From: the human T2T-CHM13v2.0 reference genome, Homo sapiens
Direction: 5' to 3' (one strand)
Assembly: GCF_009914755.1 (NCBI RefSeq)
Contig: NC_060948.1
Length of the DNA stretch: 64,000 nucleotides
The notes under the pieces were generated by a model, which was given only the letters and a program-made list of their open reading frames with translations, had not been told where the DNA came from and did not search any database. Numbering within the stretch: position 1 is the first letter of the stretch; every line of letters starts with the position of its first letter. Of this stretch, positions 27,169-43,960 are shown piece by piece. The position numbers and the translations under genes were made by a program.

Positions 27169-29077
27169 GCTATATATTTTATTTCTGTAAGTTCTAGTTC
27201 ATCCATTTTCTTTTCAGGTCCTCCTCATCATTCCTGGTGGTCTTTCTGTTGCTCAATTTAATGAGTCCTTCTTTTATATTAGGTTTCACATGTAACTATT
27301 TTCTCACAATTCTAATATTTGAAGTCTGTGTTCTGTATCTGATAATTCCAAAACCTAGTCTTTGGGAAACATATTCATTGTTTCTAGCAATTCTCAAATA
27401 TGTTGTGTTGAGACTACTTGAATGCTGTGATTTGACTGAATTCATATTTGCCTGCTTTTAATCTTTGGGAATCCTACAGGCTTAAGTTAGAGATGTTTTC
27501 CTATAAAAAGTATCTGTGTCTGCTTCTGATGAGAGCTGTGGGTACAACTAACATGAGAGCACTTTACCACCATGCATAATCCTGACATTCTCTTGGATTA
27601 TCTTGGAGCATCTCAGCATTACACAAGGTTCTCAAATCTGGCTCCCCACCATTGCTCATTTATATACAGAAGACTAGACTGCTTAGTATAGGTGGTGACT
27701 CACTTCTTGCTACCCTGGAAAAAACAAAACGGATCTCTCATCTGAATGTGATCACAGACTAGGAAATTCTGAAGGTGAATAACTAGAGGCTGTGGGCAGC
27801 AGGGAAAGACAGGTGTCTTTCCTGACCATAGAAATAGGTCAGAAGCTGCCCTAAAGGCTGTGTGCTACAGCATTTCACTATTTAGCTCAACTACCATTCC
27901 CTCCATAAGTGTGAGTGGAAGTTTCTTGGAGCACCATATTGCCTTTAAACGAAACCAAATTTTTGCTCAAAAGTCATGGTCATGGAAAACAAAACAAAAC
28001 AAAACAAAAAACCCTCTGGCTTTGGAAGGCTTTCTCAGTAATGTCCTGGAATTAAGGTTACAGGCTGCATTTCATGTTAACTGAACAGAAAACCAGCCTC
28101 CAACATCCTTCTGCCCCATGGCTTGCTCTCAGCTCCTCTTGGTTGGGCCTAGGGCAGTCAGACTGTCTGGTTCCAATCCTTGTTCTGCCACCTGTGACCT
28201 TGGACAAGTTACCTACTTCCAGTTGCCTCATCCATAAAATGCAGATATTATTAATACCCTCTTTTAAAGAGGTATTCAATCCTTATTAAGAGGATTGAAA
28301 GAGCTAATAAAAAGACTTGGTAAGCATAGGCACAGAGGGAAAGAAAAAAAGTAAAAATAAATAAATAAAAAGACTAGTGTCTAGCACATAAAAGTTCATC
28401 AGGAATTAATTCTATAACATGAACTCAATTTTGCAAAACTTCAAAGTACATATAACTTTTACTAGGGTATACATAACAATAATAAATTTACAACTGTAGA
28501 CATGTTTCTCTACAGTAAATAAAGACTAAACAATCAGATACTAAATCATTAAGTGATTATCAGTTAGTAAATTTAATTTTCTTAAACTTCTATATTTTCT
28601 ATAGATCATCTTTGTAAGAGAAAAAAACCAAATGAAAATGAAATGAATTCTCTCAAAAAGAATTAAGACAGGAAGAAGACTCACAAAGTAACACAAAATA
28701 TATCTTATGGTTTATGTAAAATTCTTAATAAAAGTACCTTCTTTGCTCCAAGCTGCACTCTGGCTTTGCCTTTGTCTCAGGTGTGTTTTATTTGTATGAT
28801 GGCTAATTCTATCGAGTAGGCACTGCTTCAGCTCTACAGGAAGAACAAAACATCTTTAGAACACAGCAGTGTTCCTGGTTCCCACTTGAGAAGGCCTAAC
28901 CAAATGGCATATAACTTAACAGTAGCAGACCAGTGTTAAAAAGTCTGGAGTCAAAGGGAAAAGGTAAAATTGGAACGTTTCCAGAATCTCACAAAAAAAC
29001 AACAAACCAATGTTCTAAGTGCCCAACATGAACAAATTAGAACCTTAAATAAAGGTCACTGTTAATGCCTATCCTAG

Positions 29078-29417
<340 letters not shown>

Positions 29418-32400
29418 CCTTTTTCATTCTTGAAAGTAGAAGCTATGAAAAAAAAAAAAACACTAAAATGTCTTTAAGAGAACAGTCTACTTACGATCTA
29501 ACTTACATAATCAAAACACTCAATTGAGGGTGAAAATTGAGTATAATAATAAAATAATCACCAATTTTGTGAGAGGTTCCATACATAATGCTCCTCCACC
29601 CAATACATACCTTAAAAAGAAAAAAGGAAACATACAAAATTATCTTGAGAAGTATTCCTGCTTAAACAATTTCCATGTGGCATTATTAAGAAAGTATGCA
29701 CACAGTAAAGACAAGAAGAGAACACGTAAGCATGAACATACTTGTTAGGCATATAGGACTATAAGTAATTTAAAAATTCTAATGGTATTACTCTTATGTA
29801 ATTGCTCTGAAATTCTAGTCAATTGTTTGAAATGGCAATCAGAACAGAATACTTTGAAATTTTTATGATGTCAAAAACTAAAAACGTGGCCCTAAATATT
29901 CCAAAGAATCAGAGCAGAAGAACCCATTTCCTTAAATGGCATTTGAGTGTTCTTTACAATGCAAACTTTCTCTCTCAACCTGTGATGGCCAGGAGTTTTT
30001 CCTCTGACAATAGCACTGATCTTACCCTATTCAAAATATGAACATCTGCAAGGTTTCATGGTTAAAATTGTTCTTATCCATTCTGTTGTGAGAATCGAAT
30101 GGTTCACACCATGCGGCTCCTCTCTGGGACTCCTCAAGTCCTTTCTAGGTCTGAAGACTGTTCTCTGAACCAAAGACAACTTCTGGGGATGTACCAAATC
30201 TCCCATTAGAAAATTATTTAGATCAAGATGTTTTAACCTTTTAATTCTTTCTCAAACAAAATAATTTCATTTCTCCTTTAATGTTATTTTAAATTTCAAA
30301 ATACACAGATAGCATACCTAAAGTAAAATCAAGGGAATGATAGTTTTAGAACAAAAACTGTGGTAATTTTGAAAACACAAAAGCTAAGACCACTGATTAG
30401 ATCTATGTGGACACCAAGTCCACCACAAATGGTTCTGTCCTCCGGGGCTCTGCCCACACCTTTCCCTTGCTTGAGATTCCTTCTGCTTCCTACCCTTCCA
30501 AATGCTGTATTTCCCCCCAGAAGACTTGCCAAGACCACTCTAGCCTGCGCATCTTCTGTTCCAGCTAACCAAAGGCATCCTTGCATTGACTAAACCAAAT
30601 TATTTTGCAGAGAAGGCATCTAAAAACTTCTACTGTAGACCATTCACCTTAATAATTGTTATCATGACATTATTCAATAATAAAATGAGGGAAAGAAGTC
30701 CTCTTTAACTCCCTTGCCCTAGAGAATCCAAGCAAGTGGCTTTCCCACTTGCTTTGCTCAAACCCTGGGAGCTTTCAAAGTGAAAGTTTAATGGAAGGAA
30801 AAGAAAATCTAAAAGAAAAACTCTCCGAAAAATTAAACTCAGGTAAAGAATCATGGGATTACAAATTTTTATTCTTTGTGTATCTGATTTCTGAAACATT
30901 TGAAATCTCTCTCTCACTCCTTAAATCTGCCACTGGGCTAAGAGAGTATTGTATATAATGTGCACTCATTGATTTAACAGAATTAGAACATCCAGGCACT
31001 CACTCAGATTTTGGTTCCACAACTGCTCAAAGTCTAGTCATTTAGTTAATGAGTTAACACCACACTTGATCTTCAAATTTTGGAGATGCTGATGGTAGAC
31101 AGGAACTTGTTTTGGGAAAAGGAAGTATATGGTAGACATTGTCACCCATTATCCAACCAACACCACCTTTCCTTTAAAGTACCCCACTCTTCCTTTAAGG
31201 TTGCAGAGTCTCAGAAAGTAGGAAGAAAGGAAGTTTTTGCATTTTCAGGTCAAAAGACAGTACATTTGTACAACTGCATAATACCTATGCAAATGTTTGT
31301 TGAAATCTAAACAGAAGACAGAAGTAGTTCTAGTACCTTCACTACATAAGTAAGATAAGTAAACTTTTCTTTAATATACACTTTCAGCAGCACTGACACA
31401 TAAAAGTGGTCAACTCTACTACTGTATTAAATGGCATTCATTTCATCAATATGTGTTCCAAATTCTTACTGCTCTTTGTCTCCAAAGGGTTCCTACTGAA
31501 TATTGAGACAGTTCAAGAATACTAGGGAAAAAAATTCTAATAATTGAAGTAACGGTCATCTAAGGATAATATGCCACATATACAGACATAGTAATATTTT
31601 CAACTTAAAAAAATTCAGTTATCAAAGCTGTACAGCAAACACTATCCTAAGCTTTGCCTCTTCAGGCATTTGCTTTATAATCACTTCAAAGAAAAGTCAG
31701 TCACAAAATGCCACATTTTGTATGATTCTATTTATATGAAATGTCCAGGATAGGCAAATCTACAGAGACAGAAATTAGATCAGAGATTGCCAGGATGAAC
31801 GGCGGGGGAGACAAGCACACAGAGCGACTGCTAATGGGTATGGGGTTTCTTTTTGGGGAGAAGAAAAGGTTCTGAAATTAGCTAATGGTAATGGCTGCAT
31901 AACTCTGAATATACTAAAAACCACTGAACTGTACACTTCAAAGGGTGAGGCTTATCATATAAAAGCTGTACCACAATAGTTTGAAAAATGTTTGGGTATG
32001 TCAAGAAATAAACAATAGGATCATAGCTCAAAGATATGGGATATAAAATATATGGAACAAAACTGCTCAATAATCTATCTAGAATCACACAATGCTTAAG
32101 CTTTACCCTGACTAAAATTGCAAGCTTGGTGTTTTATTGGTATTTCACATTTTTTACTTCTTCCTAAGTCAGCCAATAATTCCTCCTCCTTACTTAATAT
32201 TTGACTATGAAGACCAAGCCATTTTGATTCTGCCTCCAATGGGCTTTCACATTTCATTCCTCCTTCCACTCCCATGACTACCACACCAATGTAAGTTCTC
32301 CTCACTTCACTCTAAGACAACAGCATGGCCCTCAACTACCGTCACACTCTTCTAGGCTCTGTGAGCACAATGTGTCTCATATTCTCTTCTACTGTCACCA

Positions 32401-32815
32401 GATTTATTCGAAAACAGTTTCTTTACTCTTACTCCCATTTCTCAACCAGTTACATAGAAAGATGAATATCCAGGGGTAATAGTTTACTTACCTGAAAAAA
32501 AAAATCTGTCACCAATCCACAGAACTGTTTGAGTACAAAATATTACATCCGCAATATTTCCTACAACTCTTCTACATGAATCCTACCCTCCTTGTGTTAT
32601 AGCTCAAATTGGTTTCGTATACTCTGAATTCCTCGTTCTCTTTCCTAGATACCTGATTTTGTTTACTCTTCACCTACGTAAATAATTTTCCTGCAACCTC
32701 CCCCAGCTGACCAAACCCCAGTCACATTTCACTGCCCAGCTGAGATCCCACCTACTTCATGAAGAGCAACTCTTTGCAGCTTTAAACCTCAGATAAATTA
32801 AGTCCATGCTTAGCT

Positions 32816-33118
32816 TTTCTTTTTCTTTTTTGTTCAGATGCAGTTTATCTTTGTCACCCAGGCTGGAGCGCAGTGGCACGATCTCAGCTCACTGCAGACT
32901 CTGCCTCCCGAGTTCAAGCAATTCTCCTGACTCAGTCTTCTGAGTAGCTGGGATTACCAGTATGCACCACCACATCTGGCAATTTTTTTGTATTTTTGGT
33001 AGAGATGGGGCTTCACCATCTTGGCCAGGCTGGTCTCGAACTCCAGACCTCAAGTGATCCACCCGCCTCAGCTTCCCAAAGTGCTGGGATTATGGGTGTG
33101 TGCCACCGTGCCTGGCCC
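32816..33118 (-). mobile_element. AluS
   Basis: Alu body; degenerate TSD ccatg(c/g)ttagc. Confidence 0.9.
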
Positions 33119-34534
33119 ATGGTTAGCCTATGATAATCAATGTGGAACTTACAGTTCTTAGTACTTTTAATCTCCTTTTATATAGCTGGCATTTCATATA
33201 ATGAAAAACACTTTACTAGGACTCAGAAGATTTATTTAGGTAAGTCACAAGCTGACTTATTATTCAAATTATTCATCCAAATAATGAGGACCATAACACA
33301 CTGTGGCAAAAAAGAATCAATGAAGAAACTATGTAACATATTTTAAAACTGAAAATGGCATGATTCATAACCTCATGTATTCGTCTCGATTCTAGGTGGT
33401 ATACTAAGATCATAAACTTACATTCTTGGGATTCTTACAACCAAATGTTGAAAAGCTATACTGGTCTATTTTATAATCACATTTTAAAATGTTTTCATAC
33501 ATTTATCCTGAATTTGCAGATTTTTATGCAAATCTTTTCTTTGATCATTTTTTTTTTCTCAAATAAGATTCTGAACAAAAAATGACCTGTTTTCCTTTCC
33601 CTATGCTTATGGGGATATTGAGTCAACATACACAATTTTATAAACCAGCACATAAAACTAAAGCACAATACTTATGTCCTTTCTCCCCAATCAGGAAGGG
33701 CTTCATTACAAAGACATTTTGAAATTCAACTATGACAAACAAAAGAACTATGGCTTGGTGGCTAGTTATAGGCCGCTGTAGTGAGCAAGAGACACAAAGT
33801 TTAAACATTTACTATTTTTCAGTCTTCTGTTTATTTTGTATACATAAGTATTTGGCTGGGTTACCTAACACTGAACTTCCAAAATTGACCATTAGGTTGT
33901 ATGCCAAGAGAAGTACTTTTTATAGCAATTTTACTGCCAAAACCAAAACAGCCTAGAGAAGATTTAAAGTTAACAAAATAGTACACAATTCTAAACAACT
34001 CTGCTTCACACCCAACCTGGGACTTCCACTCCCCGTAATAGTATATTTGTGATCAACTTTGTAACAAGCTGACAAAGGGAGACCTCTGACATCTGCTCAT
34101 GAAGGAATCACTTCAGTATGTCCTGCTCTGCAGCAGAAAATGCATGGGGATCACTCAGAACTTCAGATTTCTCACAGAGCAGCATTTCCCAGAGTAAGCC
34201 AGAAGACACCATCCTCTGAGATGTTGTCAGGAACACTAATAAACAAATTTGGGAAAAATAGAAAATGGCATTAAGGCTCCAAGAAGTCCTTTGGTAAAAG
34301 ACATTTTGAAGCTGGCTTCCCCAAAACCTTGCAATCCCCACAAAACAAATATCTATTACCATACCACTATATTAGCACTCACAGAACATTTGGGGAGATT
34401 TGGCAAAGATTAGGCTGCAGGCGTCAGGTAAGTAAACTCTTAAAACACAATATTGAAAAAAATAGAAATTTAAAAATTTAAACAGAAAAGCAAAAGATAA
34501 GTAAATAAATAAAAAATTTTAACAGACAACATTG

Positions 34535-34845
34535 GGCTGGGCAAAGTGGCTCAGACCCATAATCCTAATACTTTTTCAGTCTCAGCAGGGTGGATCACTT
34601 TAACCTGGGAGTTCGAGACCAACATGAGCAACATGGTGAAACCCTGTCTCTATCAAAAATACAAAAATTAGCTTGGTATGCTGGCATACACCTGTAGTCC
34701 CAGCTTCTTAGGAAACTGAGGTGGCAGGATGGCTTGAGCCGGGGAGGCAGAGGTTGCAGTCAGCTGTGATTGCACCACTCACTCCAGCCTGGGGCAACAG
34801 AGAAAGACCCCGTCTCAATAAAATTAAGTAATTAAATAATAAAAT
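34535..34845 (+). mobile_element. AluJ/S-like SINE
   Basis: Diverged Alu dimer. Confidence 0.85.
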
Positions 34846-35762
34846 CAATATTCCTTTACTGTGTGGGGAAACTCAAAATGAGCTCAGCACATCCACATGT
34901 AATACTAAGGTTTTTTTTTTAAACCCACACTTCTTGTTTCTCTGAACTTTTACACATGGATATCATGTCCAGACAACTATTCCGTAGTATCAGCACCACA
35001 GTTAATATGTATTCTGATTATTCAGAATGATTCTTAACAGGATCTTAGCCCCCAAAACACATACATAAGTATGTAAAGCAAATACAACTAAAAATAACTA
35101 GCAACAAAGCTCTTCTGGAGAAAGTTCTGAAGTCTGAAGTAGTCACTCATATTTTTACCCTAAATGCAACTATTACTATCTCAACCATAGAAATGATCAA
35201 AGTAAGGGCTGGAGATATTTAGATTTTAATCACCATAAGGTGGATTATGTCAAGTAATGGAATTAGTCAGCTGAGTGTTTGAAAATCCTCAGGTTACTTT
35301 CAATTGCTCATACTTTAAGGGTCTACAGAACATTTCATAACTAACCTAGCAAACTGTGACTTTTCCCCACTTCTGTAAGACTTTCAATCACAAAAAAGAA
35401 GCAATACAAATTTCAGTAAAACTACATGACAATTACCATTTGATTCTACTACACTGCAACTATCACCTCTAGAAGTAATCAGCCAACTCCATAGGTCCAT
35501 GAGATTTCCCATGATTATTCCTAGAAGTACTAATTAGGATCACAGGTATGTGGGGACCACTCTGTAATCATAACATTCTCTAAACCTTCAATCATAATTT
35601 ACATTTGAAAAACCTTTGGTTTTTATGATTAAAAAGTATGTATGAATATATATATATATGTATGTATGTGTAAATATGTGCATGTGTGTGTGTATATATA
35701 TGTGTATATATGCATATATATAACACTAAAATCTCTACCTGTCAACAACATAATGCTTTATA

Positions 35763-35908
35763 ACCAGTGGTTCCAGATGTAGGCCCCAGAACAACAGTAT
35801 CAGTTTCACCTGGGAACTTCTTAAAAACGTAAATGCTCAGGCAACACCACAGACCTACTGAATCAGAAACCCTGGGACTAGCTCTCCAAATGATTCTGGT
35901 GCATACTA
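35763..35908. mobile_element. MER5A-like DNA transposon
   Basis: cagtggtt...cacctgggaactt...aaatgctcagg...cagacctactgaatcagaaacc. Confidence 0.7.
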
Positions 35909-35928
35909 TATTAAAAAAAAAATGTAAC

Positions 35929-36080
35929 CCAGGCACAGCAGCTCATGCCTGTCATCCCAGCAACTTGGGAGGGCAAGGTGGGAGGATCACTTGAGCCCAG
36001 GAGTTCAAGAACAGCCAGAGCAACATAGTGAGACCTCATCTCTACAAAAAATTTTTTTAAACTAAAAAAAAAAAAAAAAA
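35929..36080 (+). mobile_element. Alu monomer (FLAM/AluJ left arm)
   Basis: ggaggatcacttgagcccaggagttcaag...gagacctcatctctacaaaa plus A tail. Confidence 0.8.
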
Positions 36081-36419
36081 GCATTTAAAGTAAACACTTA
36101 ATCACTTAAACTTATGATCCTGAGAGAACAGGTAACACCACTCAAACAAATGGAGGATCAAATGGAAAGTTATCCTAAAAAGCAAATAAGCAAGCTTAAT
36201 TAATTTTAAGAACATTGTTAATACTATATACTATTTAGAAGATTTTAAAATAATCTATAAAAGAATATGTACATTTATTATCAGATAATGGGTGAGAGTC
36301 ATAAAGGTAAAATTAGTACAGAAAAAATGAAATGAAAACCAAAGCAAATAAAAATGAAGTTAAAATCAGGCCCAAACAGAACAGTGTTGTGGTAAACTTA
36401 TGTAACATATGAAGGGGCT

Positions 36420-37600
36420 TCACTTCAATAGAACTATATAAAGGAACCATTGCAATAATGATAGACTAGGTAACTTAGATCAATCCTCTCACTGAGAACT
36501 AGAAAGGTGGACAAAATGTAATGATTACAGGGCTGAGAAAAGGGAATACCAGAGAACAGGGTCTTCTTTTTTACCCTTTGGGTTTTCTTGCAATGACAGC
36601 AGAGAAGAAGAGGTTAACAAGCTGAGCTAGAACTCACAGCCTCACAGAGCTCACAGGGAGATAAACATTGGAGCTCAGCATCCACTGAGGAGAGGCCCTG
36701 TTAAGTCTCCCACTCCTTAGGTTGGGAACCTGAAGAACAAACTGCAAATTGCCCCGACAGGGAATGATGGCCAGATTTAATCATCTCAATCCCTGATTGT
36801 TAATTTCCAAGCCCCTGGCAGGGGAAATGTAAATCCTCTCTGGAGAAGAATATCATCCAAGGCTTCAAATTAGCTCTACAATTTTTCCATATATAATGTC
36901 TATCACTAAAAATAGAAAGCCACATGAGACTTAAAGATGACACAACAGAAAACAAGAGAAGCAAACAACAGACACAAAACCACAAGGGATCAAGATAACA
37001 GAGTTAGCAGACACAGTTCAATATAACTGCTGAACATGAGCAAGGAAAGATGGGACAAGACTAAAAACCTGGCAGAGAAATGCAAATTATAAAATGAACC
37101 ATATGAAATTCTGCAATTTAGAACTACCAAAACTGAAATTAATAACGTAATGGATAAGCTTAACCACAGCAGTAACCTAGCAGAAGACAGATTCAGTAAA
37201 CTGCAAAAAGTTCAGAAAGACAAAAAGGTGGAAAATTGAGAAAATAAAAGACAACATATTGAAAAGTTTATCACATACGTAGAGCACTGGAAGAAAAACA
37301 AGAATGGGACAGAAGCAAGAGCTGAAGATATGGTTGTGGAGAATTTCCCAAAACTGATCAAAGACTTCACAAGATTTAACCACCATAAACACTTCAAGAG
37401 AAACAATGGAAGCTGGCATAAGAGAATGATATCTGCGAAGTGCTGAAAGAAGGAAACTGCCCATCTAGAGAATTACGCTCAATGAAGATACTCTTCAATG
37501 ATGAAATAAAAAGCAAGGATTTTTTCTATCTGCAGACTCACACTAAAGGAAATATTAAAGGATATTTTCAGACAGGAGAAAGAGGTTCCTCTGCATCAAA
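36420..37600 (+). mobile_element. Old L1 (L1M) 5'/ORF1-region remnant
   Basis: A-rich, motifs such as gagaatttcccaaaactgatcaaagac and atattcaaagtgctgaaaga-like segments. Confidence 0.55.
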
Positions 37601-38830
37601 ACCTGGGGACTCTATTCCATAAGCTCTGTACCCTGGAACTCAGGAATCAAGATTTTACAGAAATAAAAAGAGTTCTTCAGGGAGGGGAAAATAAAGGTTG
37701 AGGGTGACTGGTAAAATTAAGTTTGAGTTACCTTAGTATATTTTAACTCAGAATGAGACTCTCAGGATCTACAAGGATCTCATGAAATTATCTGATTTCC
37801 CATTTGACATCTCAGCCTTCTAAGTTATTCTTAAAGATGAAGAACATTCTAGTTTTCAAAGACTACATCACCAGATGGGTCTAAATAGTTACAAGTCACT
37901 TCCTTACATTGAGTTGAAAATCACCTCTTTGTAATTTGACTTATTAGTTCTAGTTTTATGCCCTGTCTTCACCAAAAATGAATAAAAACTAATGCTTCCA
38001 TATACATACTCCTTCAAATAGTTTAAGACAATCTATCATGAACCAGAACCCCCAAGTTTTCCTCTCCAAATCCACAATTTCACCAGCTATCCTAGGACAT
38101 GGAAAAGAATCTCTTCCCAATCCTGGCTATTATTCTCTAAATGAACCTAACCTTATCTAAGTAGATCTTTCTTAAAGTGCTACCTCAGAATTCAATTCAG
38201 TAATTCTGATGTTGCCTGTAACATCGGAAAATGACTTCCTTAAAAGTACAGTAAGTTGGATTTACCAAGTTGCTGACCAGGGCACATTTCCTCCTGCAGT
38301 CACTCCCATCTTTGTGTTATACTGTATCTCAAGTTCAATTTTGCTTATTATTCATGACTCTCAGGTTGTCACTGTGGACATCAGAGGCCATAAACCTATT
38401 GTTCTGGCTCTTTCCTGTAAATCTTTCTGAGTCATACCTGCTAATCTCCAAAGTCTGTGAATCCCGATACTAATAACTTGGCAATTCAGTTTAAGGTCCT
38501 CTTCAGAAGGACAGTTAGCTCAAAGCAATCACATTCTTCCCAGGCCTCTTAAGAAATACTCCAACCCCAGAAAAGGCCCTTCTGTCTGGTATCAGGAGCC
38601 ATGGGCCACAAACACAAATCCAATAGCATTTCAGCCATTTACCTCCCAAATCATCCCCTCCCTGAAGTTCTAACTAGAGCAGGAAAAAATAATGAAAACA
38701 CCACCTGCAGTCACAAATCCTCCAATTTCCTGGCCAAGATTTCATATTCCCTTCAAGATACCTCCCAAAGAGGACATGACAAGGGAGGGGCACAGAGGGT
38801 GCTACAGGTACTGATAAGGTTCTATTTCTT

Positions 38831-39173
<343 letters not shown>

Positions 39174-41034
39174 TGATTTAATGTTTTTTTAAAAAAATGG
39201 TATCTTCCTGTTTTGTGTGTGTGTGTGTTTTTTGTTGTAGGCCTGTGTGCTTCATTCATTCACCCATATGAATCCATAAAGAAGTAGCCATTAGCAACTT
39301 CAGTCAATATATACTGGATTCATGCTTCAGGAAGACAACTCAGTTGACAACCACAACAGTTTCTATGATAACAAAACTGAGAGAAAATACTAACATTAGG
39401 GTCATTTCAAGACAGTTCAATCATAAGATATATCCCCAAGCAAAAATACGCACATGTAAAAGCTAAGTAAGAAGCTTTTAGAAAACTACTACCATCCTTA
39501 AAGTACAACAAAGTATTCTTTTACGTCTGTGTGCTTCATCAAAATACTTCATATAGCCATAGATTTTAAAACATTACATCTTATCTAGATTCCATATTAG
39601 ACCATTAACATTTTTTCTAGATTCCATTCTTATTCTTTTGTAACCTTTTAGTATCTTAAAAGTACTTTATTAAATATAACACATTCAGAAAAGTACATAA
39701 AATATACCTTAAGGTAGACCTTAACAAGTTATTCTAAATTATTTGCTCATGTAACCACCAACCTAGTCCAGAAATATATTACAGCCAGTATCCAAGAAGC
39801 CCACAGATGTACCTTTCAGTTCACACCTCCCTACCTCCCACCTAGATGGACTCCTTACCCTACCCTGTGTGTAATCGCCTCTTTTTTCTTGATAGTTTTA
39901 CTGCCCAAGTATGAATCCATAAAGAAGTGTTCCTCAGTTTTCTTTTATGTTCTATGGCTGTTTGGAGGGCAGCAGACCATTATAATAGGTCAGATTTTCT
40001 TTCACTCTAAGGACCAATTTTCACTCCACTGCAGGCGATATTGCCTGCGCTAAGAATGTATGCCCTAACCAACATTAGTTTTGCCTATTTTTGAACTCTA
40101 TATAGAGGAAATTGTACAAAATAGGTTTTGGGGATCTGGTCTCTTTTGCTTAACATAGCGTTCAGGATTCACTCATCTTGTCCCACATGACTGTAAGCCA
40201 TTTTATGAATACCACAATTCTCCATTTTATTGGAATGAACATTTGGGTTATTTTCTGTTTGGGGTTATTATAAATGATGCTGCTCTGAACATTCCTGTGT
40301 CTCCTGGCACATATGTACTCATTTCTTGTGTGGTATATATCCATGAGATTCCTGAACCATAGGGTATGAGTATCTTCCACTTTACGAAACTGTTTTCCAA
40401 AACACTTGTACAAATATATACCCCCATTCATAGGATATAGAGTCTCATAAAAATTTTCTTACCTTAAAACATAAGCAAAATGTCTCCTATCTCTTCTTCT
40501 TCTTTTAAGATCTGAAGATCACTGTGTAAAGGACTATCAGGGTCAACCTTCAGAATTCCAAAACAAAAAACAATTCAAACAAAAAGATTATTATTATTAT
40601 TTGTATTAATTTTACTAACTCAAAAATGAACCAATCTGAAAGCTAAAATACAGCACCTAGGGTAATTTCCAGAAAGAGGAGACCTTAAGCTGCTTTATAT
40701 CCCCAGGAAAACTAGAGGCCACTATAGCTTCCAGCTCCTTTAGAATAAATGTCCCAAAGAGATTATAATAGCCTAAATCTAATCTAATAAGGGGGTTCAG
40801 AGTTTGCAGTCATTCTAAAGGAAAACAGTCGCATGTATATAATTTTCTCAAGAATTCAAAAAAAGTTTAATATGCTTTCCTAAACTTGTATTACTAGCCA
40901 AGTTGTTCAAGGAGAAAAATTTGCCATGGACAGAGCTGTCAAAAAAGTTAAATCACCAAAAAATTGGTATTTTTCTACAACTGTCCTACATACACATATA
41001 TAAATATGTATCCCACCTCCCACTCTCCTTTTTT

Positions 41035-41200
41035 GTTTGTTTGTTTTATGACACAGGGTGTCTCACTCTGTCACCCAGGCTGGAATATAATGGTGCAATC
41101 ACGGCTCATTGCAGCCTTGACTTTTCCAAGCTCAAAAGATCTTCCTGCCTCAGTCTCCTACCACCCCTAGTAGCTGGGACTGTAAGTGTACTCCACCTAT
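41035..41200 (-). mobile_element. AluJ right-arm fragment
   Basis: tctcactctgtcacccaggctgg...gcagccttgact...agtagctgggact. Confidence 0.75.
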
Positions 41201-41816
41201 ATATTTTAAAAGTAATAACATAACTACCTCCACAATAAGAGTTGATTATGCTGCTTTCAAAACCTGGGGAAAAAATCATAAAATCAACTTGGCAATCATT
41301 ATCTGTATATTGAAATGTATTATTTGTATTAAATTATCAAGCAATATTGCTCAAGCTTTTTGCCAGAAGATAAAAATCACGCAAATATTCACTCTATCAG
41401 GAAGATGGCAAAATAAAATTCCAATGGACCTATAAAAACAATTTCTTTAATTCCAAAATACAAGCAAACTAATCCTATCTTACTCCCTACATCTTTTGGA
41501 ACTTGATTACATTTGAGTTTCACAAAATAAAGCTAGTAAACATTTCCATTTCTGTCCAGTTTTAAGAAACAACATTTATAATCTGACAACAGAAAAGAAC
41601 AAAAGAATGATAAGAAGAACAGGGATTTAGAGATCCTTACCTGTCTTATAACTCTGTGATCTGTATAAGTCCCTGAAATCTTTCTTAAGTCTATCTGAAG
41701 CTTGCACTGACCCAGACACTGCAGCCTGAAACACAAAAGCTGCTGTTTACCAGGGTCTACTGAGCCAAATAATTTAAAGATTTAAGGTATTTCAACCTGC
41801 TCTAAAAGATTACAGT

Positions 41817-42157
<341 letters not shown>

Positions 42158-43665
42158 TCAACAATTTAAGAAGTAAAAGGAAAAAGTCCAATTAAATGAA
42201 GCATTATGAAATTTCAAGGGAATATAAAACTAGACACAAGTCTGGTTCATTTCCATTTTCCTATCACCTAAAAAACTCTAGCCAACATGTTCATACCACC
42301 ATGGACTCCACGATAGCATAGAATTCAGTATGAGTCTATTTCAAACCCCAGCAATTTTTGAGAATACTCAAGATGACAAAATATTAAGTAAAATAGGCTT
42401 CCATTCATAAGACTGCAAGCAAGAATATCACACAGATGGTCTAGTTCACACATGAAGACACTGAGAACCATGTGTGCCTACATGCAACTGGTTTCAGTTT
42501 TTCAGTGCAGGGACTTCTCTAAAGATGAAAACACATTGATATCTTATCCTAAGACTAAATAGAAATGGAACTACTTTTTGGTCATGTGCAACTAAAGCTT
42601 TTAAAGACTGCACTAGAATTTGAAGGGGAAAAAAATCAAGTTTATAAAAATATTACCTCCTAGCTATATAACCCTGAACTAATTTCATATCTATAAAATG
42701 TGAGTTTTTCCTATCTCTAAAGTATAAACAGCACCTATTTCACACAGTGGCTATGAAGACTAAATGAAAAGATCTATAAAGTATTAAGTATGAAGTATTT
42801 AGCATAGTATCAGTCATACAAAATTATTCAATAATTTTTACTTGTTTTGAAGATAACTCAAACTGGACTTGATCACAAGACACAGAAAGTACAATAACAT
42901 TAATTAAAATGCTACAATCTTAGTTTTTTAAATAATCAAAATATGGGGATTAACTAAATTTATTTGCTGTATGAAAAATTACCAATTAAATTAATATACA
43001 AATAAGATTGAAGGAGGGAGAGTTACCTATCTGATTGCAACACTTGACATCTGCTTGCTTAACAATTCATTCCCTGTTTTGGAGAACCTGTGCCCAAGAC
43101 AAAGTAACTGGTCCTCGGATATTGTGGAGTTGGTAAATAGCTCTAATACAAGGCAGGAAGCAGTAAGTGTTCAGACAATCATTTGATGTTTCCCTACTCT
43201 GTCTAAGCATTTTATGAGTAACATGCATCATTTTAATTTATTTTTCATAGCAACCATCCAAAAGATATGTACTGTCTATCCATATTTTAGAGTTGCACAA
43301 AGTGAAACCACAAAAGGTGTGTCTGTCACCAAACTCAGTGTTCCTTTCCCATCCTGCCACTTCACATAAAAGAGATGTTAAGTCAAAAGAGAAACCCTAC
43401 TTTTGGTTTGGTCAGAGCAGGATGGATCAAAGTCAGCTTCATGAAGGAGAAATAATTTGAGTTGTGTTTTGTAGGAGAGAATGAACTTGAATATACAGAT
43501 GCCACAGAAGGAAGGTAAGCAGAGAACACAGCATAGACAAGCTGGAAAGGGGCATATACAGGGATCAGCAGGTGGTTCCAGGATGTGAAGAGCAGATCAA
43601 CAGGGTAAAAAGTGGCTATTCATGGATGAGAAAGATAACCTTGGGCAACAAAGCATATGAGTGTG

Positions 43666-43960
<295 letters not shown>

